DNA from: Akkermansiaceae bacterium
GTDB lineage: Bacteria > Gemmatimonadota > Gemmatimonadetes > Palauibacterales > Palauibacteraceae
Direction: 5' to 3'
NCBI GenBank assembly: GCA_964195715.1
Contig: CAXMRU010000183.1
Span: 12,509-76,508, forward strand
Length of the DNA: 64,000 nt
In this document: positions 49,670-59,115 of the stretch, in pieces
How positions within the stretch are numbered: position 1 is the first letter of the stretch
Layout of the letters: the number at the start of each line of letters is the position of its first letter
Translations under genes and position numbers: made by a program
Notes under the pieces: model-generated
The model's input: the letters and a program-made list of their open reading frames with translations, nothing else
Databases searched by the model: none
Told to the model about the DNA's origin: nothing

Positions 49670-50850
49670 GCGTCCGGACCCGCGAGCGGAAGAGAGATGG
49701 CGAAGCTCGTCCCCACGTCGGTGGATTCCAGCGTGATCGAGCCCTTGTGAGCGCTTACGAAGATCCGCCGAACCAGAGAGAGCCCGACGCCCCACCCGCC
49801 CTGCTTCGTCGTGACTCCCACGTCGAACAGGCGCCCACGGAGCGCGGGGTCGACCCCCGGGCCATCGTCGGCGAAGCGCAGCCGAGCCATTCCGTCTTCC
49901 GCGCCTTGCCACGTCACGCTGATCACCCCGTCGCGGCCGGCAAGCGAGTCCAGAGCATTCTTGAACAGATTCTCGAAGGCCCACTCGAGGAGCGTCTCGT
50001 TACCCAGTACCGGCGGCGCGTCCTCCGGAACCTTGGTCACGAGGCTCACGTGCTCGCGCATGGACGGTGTCCGCGCACGGAAATATCTCCCGAGCCGGTC
50101 GACCACCTCGTACAGCGACACGGGGCGGAACGCGGTTTTCCTCCCGATCAGCTCGAAACGCCGCGACACCTTCTCCAGACGCCGGACGTCGTCCTCCATC
50201 TCCTCGAGCACGCCGATTCCGTCGGGTCGCAGGGCCTCTGGCGGGGCCGTGTCCTCGAGCAGCTCGAGCCAGCCGACCAGGGAGCTCAGCGGCGTGCCCA
50301 TCTGGTGCGCGGATTCCCTGGCCATTGCTGTCCAGATCCGTTCCCTCTCGCTCCGGGAGGAAGTGCGAATCATCCAGACGCCGGTGCCCACCACGCCGAG
50401 GAGCAACATGGCCTGCAGCCACGGAATCCAACGCAGCCGCCGCAAGTAGAGAGGCACACCGTAGTGCACTACGAAATTCCGGTCGGTGTCTACCAGCGGA
50501 GGATTCTCCGCATCCAGGCTCTCCACATAGCGGCGCACACGCTCCACGTGATCGGGATCGTCGAGCTTCGCCTCGAAGGGGAGGTTGCGGGTCAGGGTCG
50601 GGGAGCCCTCCATGTCCGTCTGCACGACCGGAATTCCCAGGTCGTACAGCTGAAGTAGGAGCTTGAACTCGGATTCCGCGGTCATGCCTTCCGGAGACGC
50701 GACGGCCTGCACCACCTGGAAGTAGATGTGGCTGAACACAGCTGCGTTGGCCCGCATCTCCTGCGACAGCTGCCAGGTGTAGGCGAGATAGGATATCAGG
50801 ACCGCAGAGAATGCGGCGACGATGCCGATCGGTACCAGTCGCCGGATCAC
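49666..50850 (-). CDS. Sensor histidine kinase (orphan)
   Basis: Two N-terminal TM segments, HisKA H-box ESAHQMGTPLSSL, and an HATPase_c domain (NLFKNALDS, DDGPGV, GGWGVGLSL). Confidence 0.8.
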   Translation of the reverse strand: MIRRLVPIGIVAAFSAVLISYLAYTWQLSQEMRANAAVFSHIYFQVVQAVASPEGMTAESEFKLLLQLYDLGIPVVQTDMEGSPTLTRNLPFEAKLDDPDHVERVRRYVESLDAENPPLVDTDRNFVVHYGVPLYLRRLRWIPWLQAMLLLGVVGTGVWMIRTSSRSERERIWTAMARESAHQMGTPLSSLVGWLELLEDTAPPEALRPDGIGVLEEMEDDVRRLEKVSRRFELIGRKTAFRPVSLYEVVDRLGRYFRARTPSMREHVSLVTKVPEDAPPVLGNETLLEWAFENLFKNALDSLAGRDGVISVTWQGAEDGMARLRFADDGPGVDPALRGRLFDVGVTTKQGGWGVGLSLVRRIFVSAHKGSITLESTDVGTSFAISLPLAGPDA

Positions 50851-52127
50851 GAAACCGTAAGTTTCTCCTGTCGCACTCGGTCGCGCAGCGCCTCGGGGAC
50901 GATCACGCTGCCGTCCTCCTGCTGGTTATTTTCGAGCACGGCCGCCAGGATTCTCGCCAGCGCGACGCCCGACCCGTTGAGCGTATGCACGAACGAGGGC
51001 TTCGCAGTCCCGTCCGCTCGATACCGGATGTCGGCTCGCCTCGCCTGGTAGTCGGTGTAACAAGAGCAACTCGACACTTCCAACCACCGGCCCACGCCCG
51101 CCGACCACACCTCGAGATCGTACGTGATCGCGTTGGCGAATCCGAGGTCGCCGGCCGGAAGGAGAATTCGGCGATACGGAAGCTCCAGCTTCTCGAGCAC
51201 GGTCTCCGCGTGACGCGTGAGCACCTCGAGCTCGTCCCCGGAGGCCTCCGGCTCCGTAAACCGCACGAGCTCCACCTTGTCGAACTGGTGCACCCGCAGG
51301 AGTCCGCGAGTGTCGCGACCCGCCGCCCCTGCCTCCCGACGGAAGCAAGGAGTATACGCGACATAGGCTATCGGAAGCTCACGTCCGTCGAGAATCTCAC
51401 CGCGATGAAGGTTCGTAAGTGGGACCTCGGCAGTCGGTATGAGAAACAGGTCGTCCGGCTCCGTCCGATACTGGTCCTCTTCGAACTTCGGAAGCTGCCC
51501 CGTCCCGACCAGGCAATCGCGATTCGTGAGAAACGGAGGCGCTACCTCCGTGTATCCGTGCTCTCGCGTATGGAGGTCCAGCATGAAATCGATGAGGGCC
51601 CGGTTGAGCCGGGCGCCCGCGCCCATCAGGAGAGGAAACCCGGACCCGGCGATGCGAGCCCCTCGCTCGAGGTCGAGCAGGCCAAGGTCCGACCCCAGGT
51701 CCCAGTGAGTCCGCGCCTCGAAGTCCATGGCACGAGGGGTGCCCCACTCGTGGACGACCTCGAATTCGCCTTCCCCTCCCGCCGGGACCCGCTCATCGGG
51801 AATATTGGGGATGCTAAGGAGCTCGCCACGGAGGGCGTCCTCGATCTCCTGAAGACCACCGTCCAGACCGCGGATATGGTCCGCGACCGTCTGCATATCG
51901 GCGATCAGCTCCGACGCGTCCGCGCCGTCCCGCTTCCGGTCCCCGATCTCGTGGGACACCTCGTTACGACGCGCCTTGAGTACCTCGACTTCGGCGATAA
52001 TGTCCCGTCGCCGAGCGTCGAGCGCCAGGGCCCTATCCAGCGCCTCGAGGACGCTCGGATCACCGCGGCGGGCCAGACGCTCCCGGACTTCGTCCGCCCC
52101 GGCACGGAACGTCCGGAGGTCGAGCAC
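50847..52127 (-). CDS. serS: Serine--tRNA ligase
   Basis: 426 aa with an N-terminal coiled-coil tRNA-binding arm and a class II core (FRREAG, GSGVALARI). Confidence 0.95.
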   Translation of the reverse strand: MLDLRTFRAGADEVRERLARRGDPSVLEALDRALALDARRRDIIAEVEVLKARRNEVSHEIGDRKRDGADASELIADMQTVADHIRGLDGGLQEIEDALRGELLSIPNIPDERVPAGGEGEFEVVHEWGTPRAMDFEARTHWDLGSDLGLLDLERGARIAGSGFPLLMGAGARLNRALIDFMLDLHTREHGYTEVAPPFLTNRDCLVGTGQLPKFEEDQYRTEPDDLFLIPTAEVPLTNLHRGEILDGRELPIAYVAYTPCFRREAGAAGRDTRGLLRVHQFDKVELVRFTEPEASGDELEVLTRHAETVLEKLELPYRRILLPAGDLGFANAITYDLEVWSAGVGRWLEVSSCSCYTDYQARRADIRYRADGTAKPSFVHTLNGSGVALARILAAVLENNQQEDGSVIVPEALRDRVRQEKLTVS

Positions 52128-52688
52128 CTACTCCTCGGCCCCCGGCACCAGCGTTCGCTTCTCGCAGTTCGGATTCACCAGGTGTATGAACGAGATCGTC
52201 CCTTCCATCGGGTCGATCGCCTGGATCTCCACCTTGGCAAACCTCCTGCAGCGAAGGTTGCCGAACGCGGGGTCGCGTCGGCTCTGAACAGCAAATACAT
52301 CGCCCACTGCGACCGGCAGGGAATCCAGGTTCGTGTACCCGTTCTCCGGGGCCTCACGCAGCGCGTCGAACGTCTGCAAGACCTTCTGCAGGCCCGCGTC
52401 CAGGTCCTCACCCGTGATCGCGCCACGCGGCCACAACACGGCGCTGCCATCCTCCTGGATCTGGAACAGGAAATCCCAGCCGGAGAACTGATCGGTCCGT
52501 ACCGACCCGCCCGTGATCACATCGAATGCTGACGGGTCGGCGACCGCACCAGCAGACACGTCCACCAGCGTGGCCTCTCCCGGCTCGTCCGGAATGGGAA
52601 TCAGGGTCGGCTCCAACGAGTTGCTACAGGCGGTCAGCCCGAAAAGGGTCACGGCCATCGCGACCCCCATATATCGATTCAAAGACAA
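52128..52688 (-). CDS. Hypothetical lipoprotein
   Basis: Signal peptide with lipobox LTAC (MGVAMAVTLFGLTAC). Directly abuts serS. Confidence 0.5.
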   Translation of the reverse strand: MSLNRYMGVAMAVTLFGLTACSNSLEPTLIPIPDEPGEATLVDVSAGAVADPSAFDVITGGSVRTDQFSGWDFLFQIQEDGSAVLWPRGAITGEDLDAGLQKVLQTFDALREAPENGYTNLDSLPVAVGDVFAVQSRRDPAFGNLRCRRFAKVEIQAIDPMEGTISFIHLVNPNCEKRTLVPGAEE

Positions 52689-52836
52689 GAGATCTGCTCC
52701 TCCAAGGGTTGCTCCTCCCCGGCAAGATAGCAGAGTTTCTCCCCGGCGCGAGGTCCAGTACCTTGCATCTCATGGCCAGATTACTCGCGTCGGCACTCGC
52801 TGTTCCCGATTCCGCCAGGGCAGCCCGGAGTACCAG

Positions 52837-53874
52837 ATGACACTGACTCATTCGTGCTTTGTCGTCGTGCTGGCAGGCGGCGAGGGGAGCCGCTTCTGGC
52901 CCGCGTCGAGGCCGGAGCGTCCGAAGCAGCTTCTCCCGCTCGGAAGCGACCATCCCCTGATCGAGGACACACTCGTCCGCGCAGATGCTCTCGTGGGTCC
53001 GGAACGTGTCCGGGTGATCGCGAGCGCGCCTCTCGTTGACCCGCTGTGCGCGGCGGCCCCGGGCCTTGACGCGACCAGCTTCCTCGTCGAGCCCACGGCG
53101 CGCAACACGGGCCCGGCGCTCACGTGGGCGGCGTTCGAGATCGAACGCGAGAGTCCGGGATCTCTGATGATCTCCCTGCACGCCGATCACGTCATACATC
53201 CGCTGGACGAATTCCTAGAGACGATCGGGCGAGCGGTGGAGGCAGCCGAGCGGGGATCCCTCGTCTGCATAGGTATCGAGCCCGATCGACCGGAAACGGG
53301 CTACGGATACGTTGAGGTCGGTGAGTCGACAGGTGACCGGACCTCGCGCGCCCTCCGGTTCGTCGAGAAGCCCGATCGGGCGACGGCAGAGGCATACCTG
53401 GCGAAGGGTGGCTTCCTCTGGAATTCAGGGATTTTCGTATGGCGTGCCGCCGCTCTGCTCGCGGCGATCCGAGACCTGGCCCCTGAGATCTCCGGTGCGC
53501 TACCGCTTCTCGAGTCCCACGGCCCGGAGGCCTTCTTCGCGGCCGTCGAGGCAGTGAGCATCGACGTATCCGTAATGGAGCGATCGCCGTCGGTCGAGGT
53601 GGTCCGAGCGAGTTTCTCGTGGGACGATGTGGGCTCGTGGAACGCCCTCGCCCGGACGCGAGAGGCGGACGAGCACGGCAATATCATCGTGGGCCCCGCT
53701 GCAGTGTTCGAAGCCGCGAATAACATCGTGTGGGCCGAAGACGGCGACGTGGTGCTGTTCGGCGTCGACGACCTCGTGGTCGTCCGATCCGGCAACCGGA
53801 CGCTAGTCATGAGGCGTTCGTCGGCGCCCGATCTAAAGAGGCTCGTGGAGCGCCTGCGCGAGGGAGGCGAGTGA
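52837..53874 (+). CDS. Mannose-1-phosphate guanylyltransferase-like nucleotidyltransferase
   Basis: ATG at 52837. NTP-transferase motif LAGGEGSRFWP...PKQLL with ManC/GMP-like similarity and no cupin domain; 345 aa. Confidence 0.7.
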   Translation: MTLTHSCFVVVLAGGEGSRFWPASRPERPKQLLPLGSDHPLIEDTLVRADALVGPERVRVIASAPLVDPLCAAAPGLDATSFLVEPTARNTGPALTWAAFEIERESPGSLMISLHADHVIHPLDEFLETIGRAVEAAERGSLVCIGIEPDRPETGYGYVEVGESTGDRTSRALRFVEKPDRATAEAYLAKGGFLWNSGIFVWRAAALLAAIRDLAPEISGALPLLESHGPEAFFAAVEAVSIDVSVMERSPSVEVVRASFSWDDVGSWNALARTREADEHGNIIVGPAAVFEAANNIVWAEDGDVVLFGVDDLVVVRSGNRTLVMRRSSAPDLKRLVERLREGGE

Positions 53875-53875
53875 C

Positions 53876-55108
53876 GTGAAACTATATCTGTTCGACGACC
53901 GAGTGGCCGACGATTGGCACCCGTATTCGCTCACGCGTCCCGTCTCAGAGCTCCTGTACGGCACACTGCTCTTGCGTGAGCGCCTCGAGCGATTCGCCGG
54001 CCGACCCGTAACGGCTCTACTGAGCCGCGCGTGGCTACAGCAGTTTCAGGAACCCGGAGCGCCCACAGCGTTCGCCCGCGATGAAGAGCTGCCCGAGGAC
54101 GAGCGCCTTCTGCTGTCTTCGCGATTCGTTCCCGGGGCGCATGCACGGTTCGAGGGACGTGGAGACGCCCCCATCCTGCTCGTAACGGAGGATGAAATCG
54201 TCGGCTGCTACCTGCCGCAGGGACATCGCGGACCGGAACCCGGCTGGCTCGAGGCGCCTGGAGGTCCCGCTGGACCCGGAGACTGGGTCGAGAGGCAGGT
54301 CGATGGGGGGTGCGTGAACGCCGTCTGGCGACTCGTGGCCGAGAACCCGGGCCGGCTGGAGGCGGACCTGGCTGCCGAAGCGGCCTCTCGCGGAGGTATC
54401 GAGCAACTACCTCAAGGGACCTGGCGGCAGGGTGACGCGGCGCTGATGCTCGGCGCCGACGTCCGGGTCGAGCCCGGCGTCCTGTTCGACACCCGACACG
54501 GCCCCATTCGGCTGGCAGACGGCGTGGAGGTGCGGGCGGGCTCGCGCCTCGAGGGTCCCCTGCACGTGGGCCGCGACACGATCCTGCTCGGAGGGGCGAT
54601 CGGGACTTCCAGCATCGGTCCCGTGTGCCGGCTGCGGGGAGAGATCGAGGAATCCGTGATCCTCGGGCAGTCGAACAAGGCGCATGACGGATTCCTGGGA
54701 CACTCGTATGTCGGTCGGTGGGTGAACCTGGGGGCGATGACCACCAACAGCGACCTCAAGAACAACTACGGCCCGGTTCGCCTCGGCAGCCCCGCGGGCC
54801 CGGTCGAGACGGGTTTGACCAAGCTGGGGTGCCTGCTCGGCGATCACGTGAAGACGGCGATCGGGACCCGTATCAATACTGGAACCGTGGTCGGTGCCGG
54901 AGCCAACCTGTTCGGCGACTCGATTCCGCCGGCCTGGGTACGCCCATTTGCGTGGGGATCGGACCCGGCGGGACCCCTGTTCGAGCAAGTTCGCTTCCTG
55001 AGTCTCGCGAAGCGCGTTCTCGAGCGCCGTGGCGTGCAGTACGACGAGCAGACGGACGCCTGGTTGGCGGCATGCTGGGATGCTGGCACCGGGGAGGATG
55101 GCGTTTGA
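53876..55108 (+). CDS. GlmU-like putative sugar nucleotidyltransferase with left-handed beta-helix (hexapeptide-repeat) domain
   Basis: GTG start 1 nt after the preceding stop. N-terminus MKLYLFDDRVADDWHPYSLTRPVSEL. C-terminal hexapeptide repeats. Confidence 0.55.
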   Translation: MKLYLFDDRVADDWHPYSLTRPVSELLYGTLLLRERLERFAGRPVTALLSRAWLQQFQEPGAPTAFARDEELPEDERLLLSSRFVPGAHARFEGRGDAPILLVTEDEIVGCYLPQGHRGPEPGWLEAPGGPAGPGDWVERQVDGGCVNAVWRLVAENPGRLEADLAAEAASRGGIEQLPQGTWRQGDAALMLGADVRVEPGVLFDTRHGPIRLADGVEVRAGSRLEGPLHVGRDTILLGGAIGTSSIGPVCRLRGEIEESVILGQSNKAHDGFLGHSYVGRWVNLGAMTTNSDLKNNYGPVRLGSPAGPVETGLTKLGCLLGDHVKTAIGTRINTGTVVGAGANLFGDSIPPAWVRPFAWGSDPAGPLFEQVRFLSLAKRVLERRGVQYDEQTDAWLAACWDAGTGEDGV

Positions 55109-55965
55109 GGGTCGCCACACTGGGTAGCGGGAGCCGGGGCAACTCCGTGTTCATCGAATGCGGAGAGACCCGGTTCCTGGTGGACGCGGGATTCAGCGGA
55201 GCCGAGATCGCCCGGCGCCTGGCGGTGCTCGGAGTGGATCCCGGGTCGATTCAAGGAATCGTCGTCACCCACGAGCATCGCGATCACACGGCAGGAATCG
55301 GCATCGCCGCCCGCCGTTGGAAATGGCCTCTGTACATCACCCCCGCCACACAGCGCGCCTGTGCACCCCTTCTCCGCGGGGCGGAGACGATCCGTCACTA
55401 CCGGGGCGAAGTGCCCTTCGATCTCGGAGAGGTCACGATTCACCCGGCGTCCACGTGCCATGACGCGGCGGATCCTGTCGCCCTGACGGTGACGGACACA
55501 CAGAGCGGACTGAAGGTGGGCGTCGCGACCGACCTCGGGCGGGCGACCACATCGGTTAGAGTCGCGCTCTCCGGATGCCATTTCGTGGTACTGGAGTCGA
55601 ACCACGACGAGATCATGCTTCGCGAGAGTCCGTACCCATGGTCGGTGAAGCAGCGGATCGGTGGAAGCCGCGGCCACCTGTCGAACCGGCTCGCCGCTGA
55701 CCTGTCCGTCGACTTGCTCCACCCGGAGCTCGGAGGCTTCCTGCTGGCGCACCTCAGCGACGAATGCAACGAGCCCGAGGCGGCCAGGAACATGGCCCGC
55801 AAGCAACTGGAGCGGAAAGGTTTCCGGGGCGTAGTGGACGTCGCGCGACAGGAGCAGCCCTCGGCTCTATACGACGTAGCTTCCCTCGTGGATACCGTGC
55901 GAAACGGGGGGGCTCAGCTCGAGTTCTTCGGCCAGGTAGCGCGGCGGCCCGTGGCGCCCCGCTGA
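55105..55965 (+). CDS. MBL-fold metallo-hydrolase (YycJ/WalJ-like)
   Basis: TTG start overlapping the previous stop (TTGA). Metallo-beta-lactamase motif HEHRDH, plus conserved downstream H/D residues. Confidence 0.7.
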   Translation: MRVATLGSGSRGNSVFIECGETRFLVDAGFSGAEIARRLAVLGVDPGSIQGIVVTHEHRDHTAGIGIAARRWKWPLYITPATQRACAPLLRGAETIRHYRGEVPFDLGEVTIHPASTCHDAADPVALTVTDTQSGLKVGVATDLGRATTSVRVALSGCHFVVLESNHDEIMLRESPYPWSVKQRIGGSRGHLSNRLAADLSVDLLHPELGGFLLAHLSDECNEPEAARNMARKQLERKGFRGVVDVARQEQPSALYDVASLVDTVRNGGAQLEFFGQVARRPVAPR

Positions 55966-55975
55966 GTCTCCCCGA

Positions 55976-57070
55976 TCAGATCCCCACCAGGCGCATGATG
56001 TCGTTCGCGAACACGAGCACCATCAGCCCCAACACGAACATCATGCCGACCTGCGTCAGACGCAGACGGCTCTCTACGCTCACGGGTCGCCCCCCACGCA
56101 ACGCTTCAGCGAACAGGAACACGAGGTGCCCACCGTCCAGCACCGGTATAGGCAGCAGGTTGAGGACAGCGAGGTTCACGCTGATGATGGCCATGAAGTT
56201 CAGAAACGCCGAAAGCCCTTGCCGGGCGGCCGCCCCTGAGAGCTGACCGATCACGATCGGTCCACCGAGATCTCTGGCGGATTCACGCCCCGTCACGAGC
56301 CGTTTGAGGAACGTGAAGATCTCGAGTGTCCAGGCGCCGGTGCGGTGCCAGCCGGCAGCGACCGCCTCCGTCATGCTCAGGTCACGTGTGGCCCGGTCCA
56401 GCCAGGGACCCATGCCCACGCGACCGAATTCCACCGAGTCACGAGCAAACTCGACGTACACTACGTCCGGCTGCGGTGTCGCCTCGAGATCGACGCGTTC
56501 GGTCTCCCTCTGGACACGGAACGTAATCGGAACGGAGGGACGCATGCTCACATACTGCACCACTTCATCCCAGTTCTTGATCCGCCGTCCGTCGAGCTCG
56601 AGGATCACGTCGCCCCGCTGAAAACCAGCCTGCTCGGCAGGGCTGTCAGGAATCACATCTCCAACGATCGGGTCGATGATTCCCTCGGAGCCGGCGACGA
56701 ACGTAAACGCGGCGAAGGCGAAGACGAAGTTCATCGTCACACCCGCCACGATGACCAGGAACCGGGCCCACCATGGCTTGGCGTCGAAATCGCGCGGAGA
56801 GGGTTGACGAGCAGGCGCTGCCTGGCCCTCGAGCGCGGCCGTTGCCTCCTCTCCCACCATTCCTTCCATCTTCACGTAGCCGCCCAGCGGAATTGCTGCA
56901 AGCACGTATTCCGTCTCACCGCGCTTGAACCCGGCGATCTTCGGTCCGAAACCGATCGAGAATCGGGACACCTCGATGTCCACTGCTTTGGCCGCCCAGA
57001 AGTGCCCTAACTCGTGGACGAGGATAAGGACGCCCAGGACGACGACAGTCGACAAGATGGTGATCAGCAT
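55976..57070 (-). CDS. rseP: RIP metalloprotease RseP (site-2 protease, M50 family)
   Basis: HELGH zinc motif in the first TM helix, an internal PDZ domain, and a C-terminal LDGG motif. Confidence 0.85.
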   Translation of the reverse strand: MLITILSTVVVLGVLILVHELGHFWAAKAVDIEVSRFSIGFGPKIAGFKRGETEYVLAAIPLGGYVKMEGMVGEEATAALEGQAAPARQPSPRDFDAKPWWARFLVIVAGVTMNFVFAFAAFTFVAGSEGIIDPIVGDVIPDSPAEQAGFQRGDVILELDGRRIKNWDEVVQYVSMRPSVPITFRVQRETERVDLEATPQPDVVYVEFARDSVEFGRVGMGPWLDRATRDLSMTEAVAAGWHRTGAWTLEIFTFLKRLVTGRESARDLGGPIVIGQLSGAAARQGLSAFLNFMAIISVNLAVLNLLPIPVLDGGHLVFLFAEALRGGRPVSVESRLRLTQVGMMFVLGLMVLVFANDIMRLVGI

Positions 57071-57103
57071 TCGCTCAAGCCGCCAGATAAAAGGTGCGTT
57101 CGC

Positions 57104-58282
57104 TCACGGAAGCCTATCACCCCTCGCCAGCGATGGTGTTCCGACTCTCTGCGCCGCGCACACACGTGCCTCCGCGTCAACGTGGATCAGATTCTCCAGG
57201 CTGTCGATCGGAGATGACGGGATCGCTGACAGGGCGTGCTCGACCACGGTGGGGATGCCTGTGAACCCGATGCGATTCTCCAGGAACGCTGCCACAGCCA
57301 CTTCGTTGGCCGCGTTGTAGACGGCTGGTGCCGTGCCACCGACGCGGCCGGCCTCGACACCGAGGTCGAACATTGGGAAGTCCTCGTGACGCAGGCGCTC
57401 GAATTCGAGCGGACCCGACTCCACGGGGTCGAAAGCTCGAAACTGGTTCTCGAGACGCTCGGGACCCGACAGGGCGTACAGGATCGGGACTTCCATCGTC
57501 GGGTGTCCCAGCTGGGCCATCGTGGAACCGTCCCGGAATTCCACCATCGAATGGACGATCGACGCGGGGTGGACGACAACCTCGATCTGATCAAAATCGA
57601 ACCCGAACAGCAGGTGCGCCTCGATGACCTCGAGCGCCTTGTTCGCCAGCGTCGCCGAGTCCACCGTGATCTTCTGCCCCATGCTCCAGGTGGGGTGCGC
57701 GAGCGCGTCTTCCGGCCTGATGGAAGCAAACTCCGCACGGGACAGCCCACGGAACGGGCCGCCGGAAGCCGTGAGTATGACACGATTCACCTCGGACGTG
57801 GGACGCTGGCAGAGACACTGCATGATCGCGCTGTGCTCACTGTCTACCGGCACGATCTCCCCTCCGCCGGTTCGAGCCGTCTCGAGCACGAGGTCCCCAC
57901 CCACGACCAGCGACTCCTTGTTCGCGAGGGCCAGCCGCTTGCCCGCTTCCAGCGAGGCGAGGGTCGACTCCAGCCCTGCAAACCCAACCAGAGCGTTGAC
58001 CACGGTGGATGACTCGGGATCGGCAGCGGCCATGCGCATTGCCTCGTCGCCGTACCGCCATTCGCCGGGCCAGTCCCGCGCCGGGCCCCGGCCACCGGAG
58101 TCGGCCAGCACCACGTAGTCGGGGTTCCATCGATTCGCGAGCCGGTCCAGCTCCGCGGCCCTTCGTCCCGCGGTCAGAGCCACGACCCGGAATCGATCGG
58201 GATGACGCGCCACTACGTTTAGAGTCGACCTGCCGATGCTGCCCGTCGCCCCCAGCACGACGACCCCACGGGGTGCGGTCAC
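57104..58282 (-). CDS. dxr: 1-deoxy-D-xylulose 5-phosphate reductoisomerase
   Basis: NADPH-binding motif LGATGSIG and the Dxr catalytic core. Likely GTG start ~58282 overlapping the cdsA stop (GTGA). The track ORF extends to 58396. Confidence 0.9.
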   Translation of the reverse strand: MTAPRGVVVLGATGSIGRSTLNVVARHPDRFRVVALTAGRRAAELDRLANRWNPDYVVLADSGGRGPARDWPGEWRYGDEAMRMAAADPESSTVVNALVGFAGLESTLASLEAGKRLALANKESLVVGGDLVLETARTGGGEIVPVDSEHSAIMQCLCQRPTSEVNRVILTASGGPFRGLSRAEFASIRPEDALAHPTWSMGQKITVDSATLANKALEVIEAHLLFGFDFDQIEVVVHPASIVHSMVEFRDGSTMAQLGHPTMEVPILYALSGPERLENQFRAFDPVESGPLEFERLRHEDFPMFDLGVEAGRVGGTAPAVYNAANEVAVAAFLENRIGFTGIPTVVEHALSAIPSSPIDSLENLIHVDAEARVCAAQRVGTPSLARGDRLP

Positions 58283-59109
58283 AGGAAGGCCATCAGGAAG
58301 ACGCAGGCGGCGGGAATGGACCACAGGAGCGAGTCCACGCGATCGAACATGCCGCCGTGGCCCGGAAGCAACCGTGACGAGTCCTTGACGCCACACTCGC
58401 GCTTGATGGCGGATTCCACCAGGTCGCCCATCGTAGCAGCAAGGGCTATGACCAATCCCAGCACCATGAGACCGCCAAACCCCAGGCCGTCACCCAGCTC
58501 CGGTAGCAGCAGGTAACCATATGCGAGTGCCCCCAACGGTCCTGCCAGAATCGCGGCCGCCGCCCCCTCGACCGTCTTGTTAGGGCTGATGACCGGCGCG
58601 AGCTTCCGTTTCCCGAACGTCCGACCCCCGAAGTAGGCTGCCGTATCAGCCAGCCAGGTCACGCCGACGGGCAGGAAGAAATACAACGTTCCCTCCACGG
58701 CTCCGGAGGAAAACAGCTCTCGCAGCGGAACGCCGAAGCTGATCAGTCCCCCCACGTACAGAGCAGCAGCGAGGGTCAGCGCGGCGGTCTGGAACGGCCG
58801 CTCCTCCGGAGCGATCCGCAGCGTGGCCACTCCGGCGACCGTGACGACCGCAGCCATGGTGATTCCCCACATGCCCCAGCCACTCAGTCGCAGCGCTGCC
58901 AGCGGGAGCAGAGCCGCGAACGCTATCGCCGGCACGTAGAGAAATAGATCTCCCCGCACTTCGAGCATGCGCCCGATCTCCCACACAGCCACGGTGGCCA
59001 GCAGTGCCAGGCCGGCCGCAAACAGCCACCCGCCGGCGAGCGTAACCGCCACCGTAAGGGGAATGCCGATTGCCGCGACGGTCAATCGCCGGCCGAGATC
59101 AGATGCCAT
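58279..59109 (-). CDS. cdsA: Phosphatidate cytidylyltransferase
   Basis: Polytopic membrane protein with the CTP_transf_1 signature (GHGGMFDRVDS). Confidence 0.85.
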   Translation of the reverse strand: MASDLGRRLTVAAIGIPLTVAVTLAGGWLFAAGLALLATVAVWEIGRMLEVRGDLFLYVPAIAFAALLPLAALRLSGWGMWGITMAAVVTVAGVATLRIAPEERPFQTAALTLAAALYVGGLISFGVPLRELFSSGAVEGTLYFFLPVGVTWLADTAAYFGGRTFGKRKLAPVISPNKTVEGAAAAILAGPLGALAYGYLLLPELGDGLGFGGLMVLGLVIALAATMGDLVESAIKRECGVKDSSRLLPGHGGMFDRVDSLLWSIPAACVFLMAFL

Positions 59110-59115
59110 GCACGC

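Noticed and set aside
50811-52532. 573-aa + ORF
   Set aside because: Antisense to serS and the adjacent lipoprotein gene. No domain signature.
57236-58012. 258-aa + ORF and neighbours
   Set aside because: Antisense to dxr.
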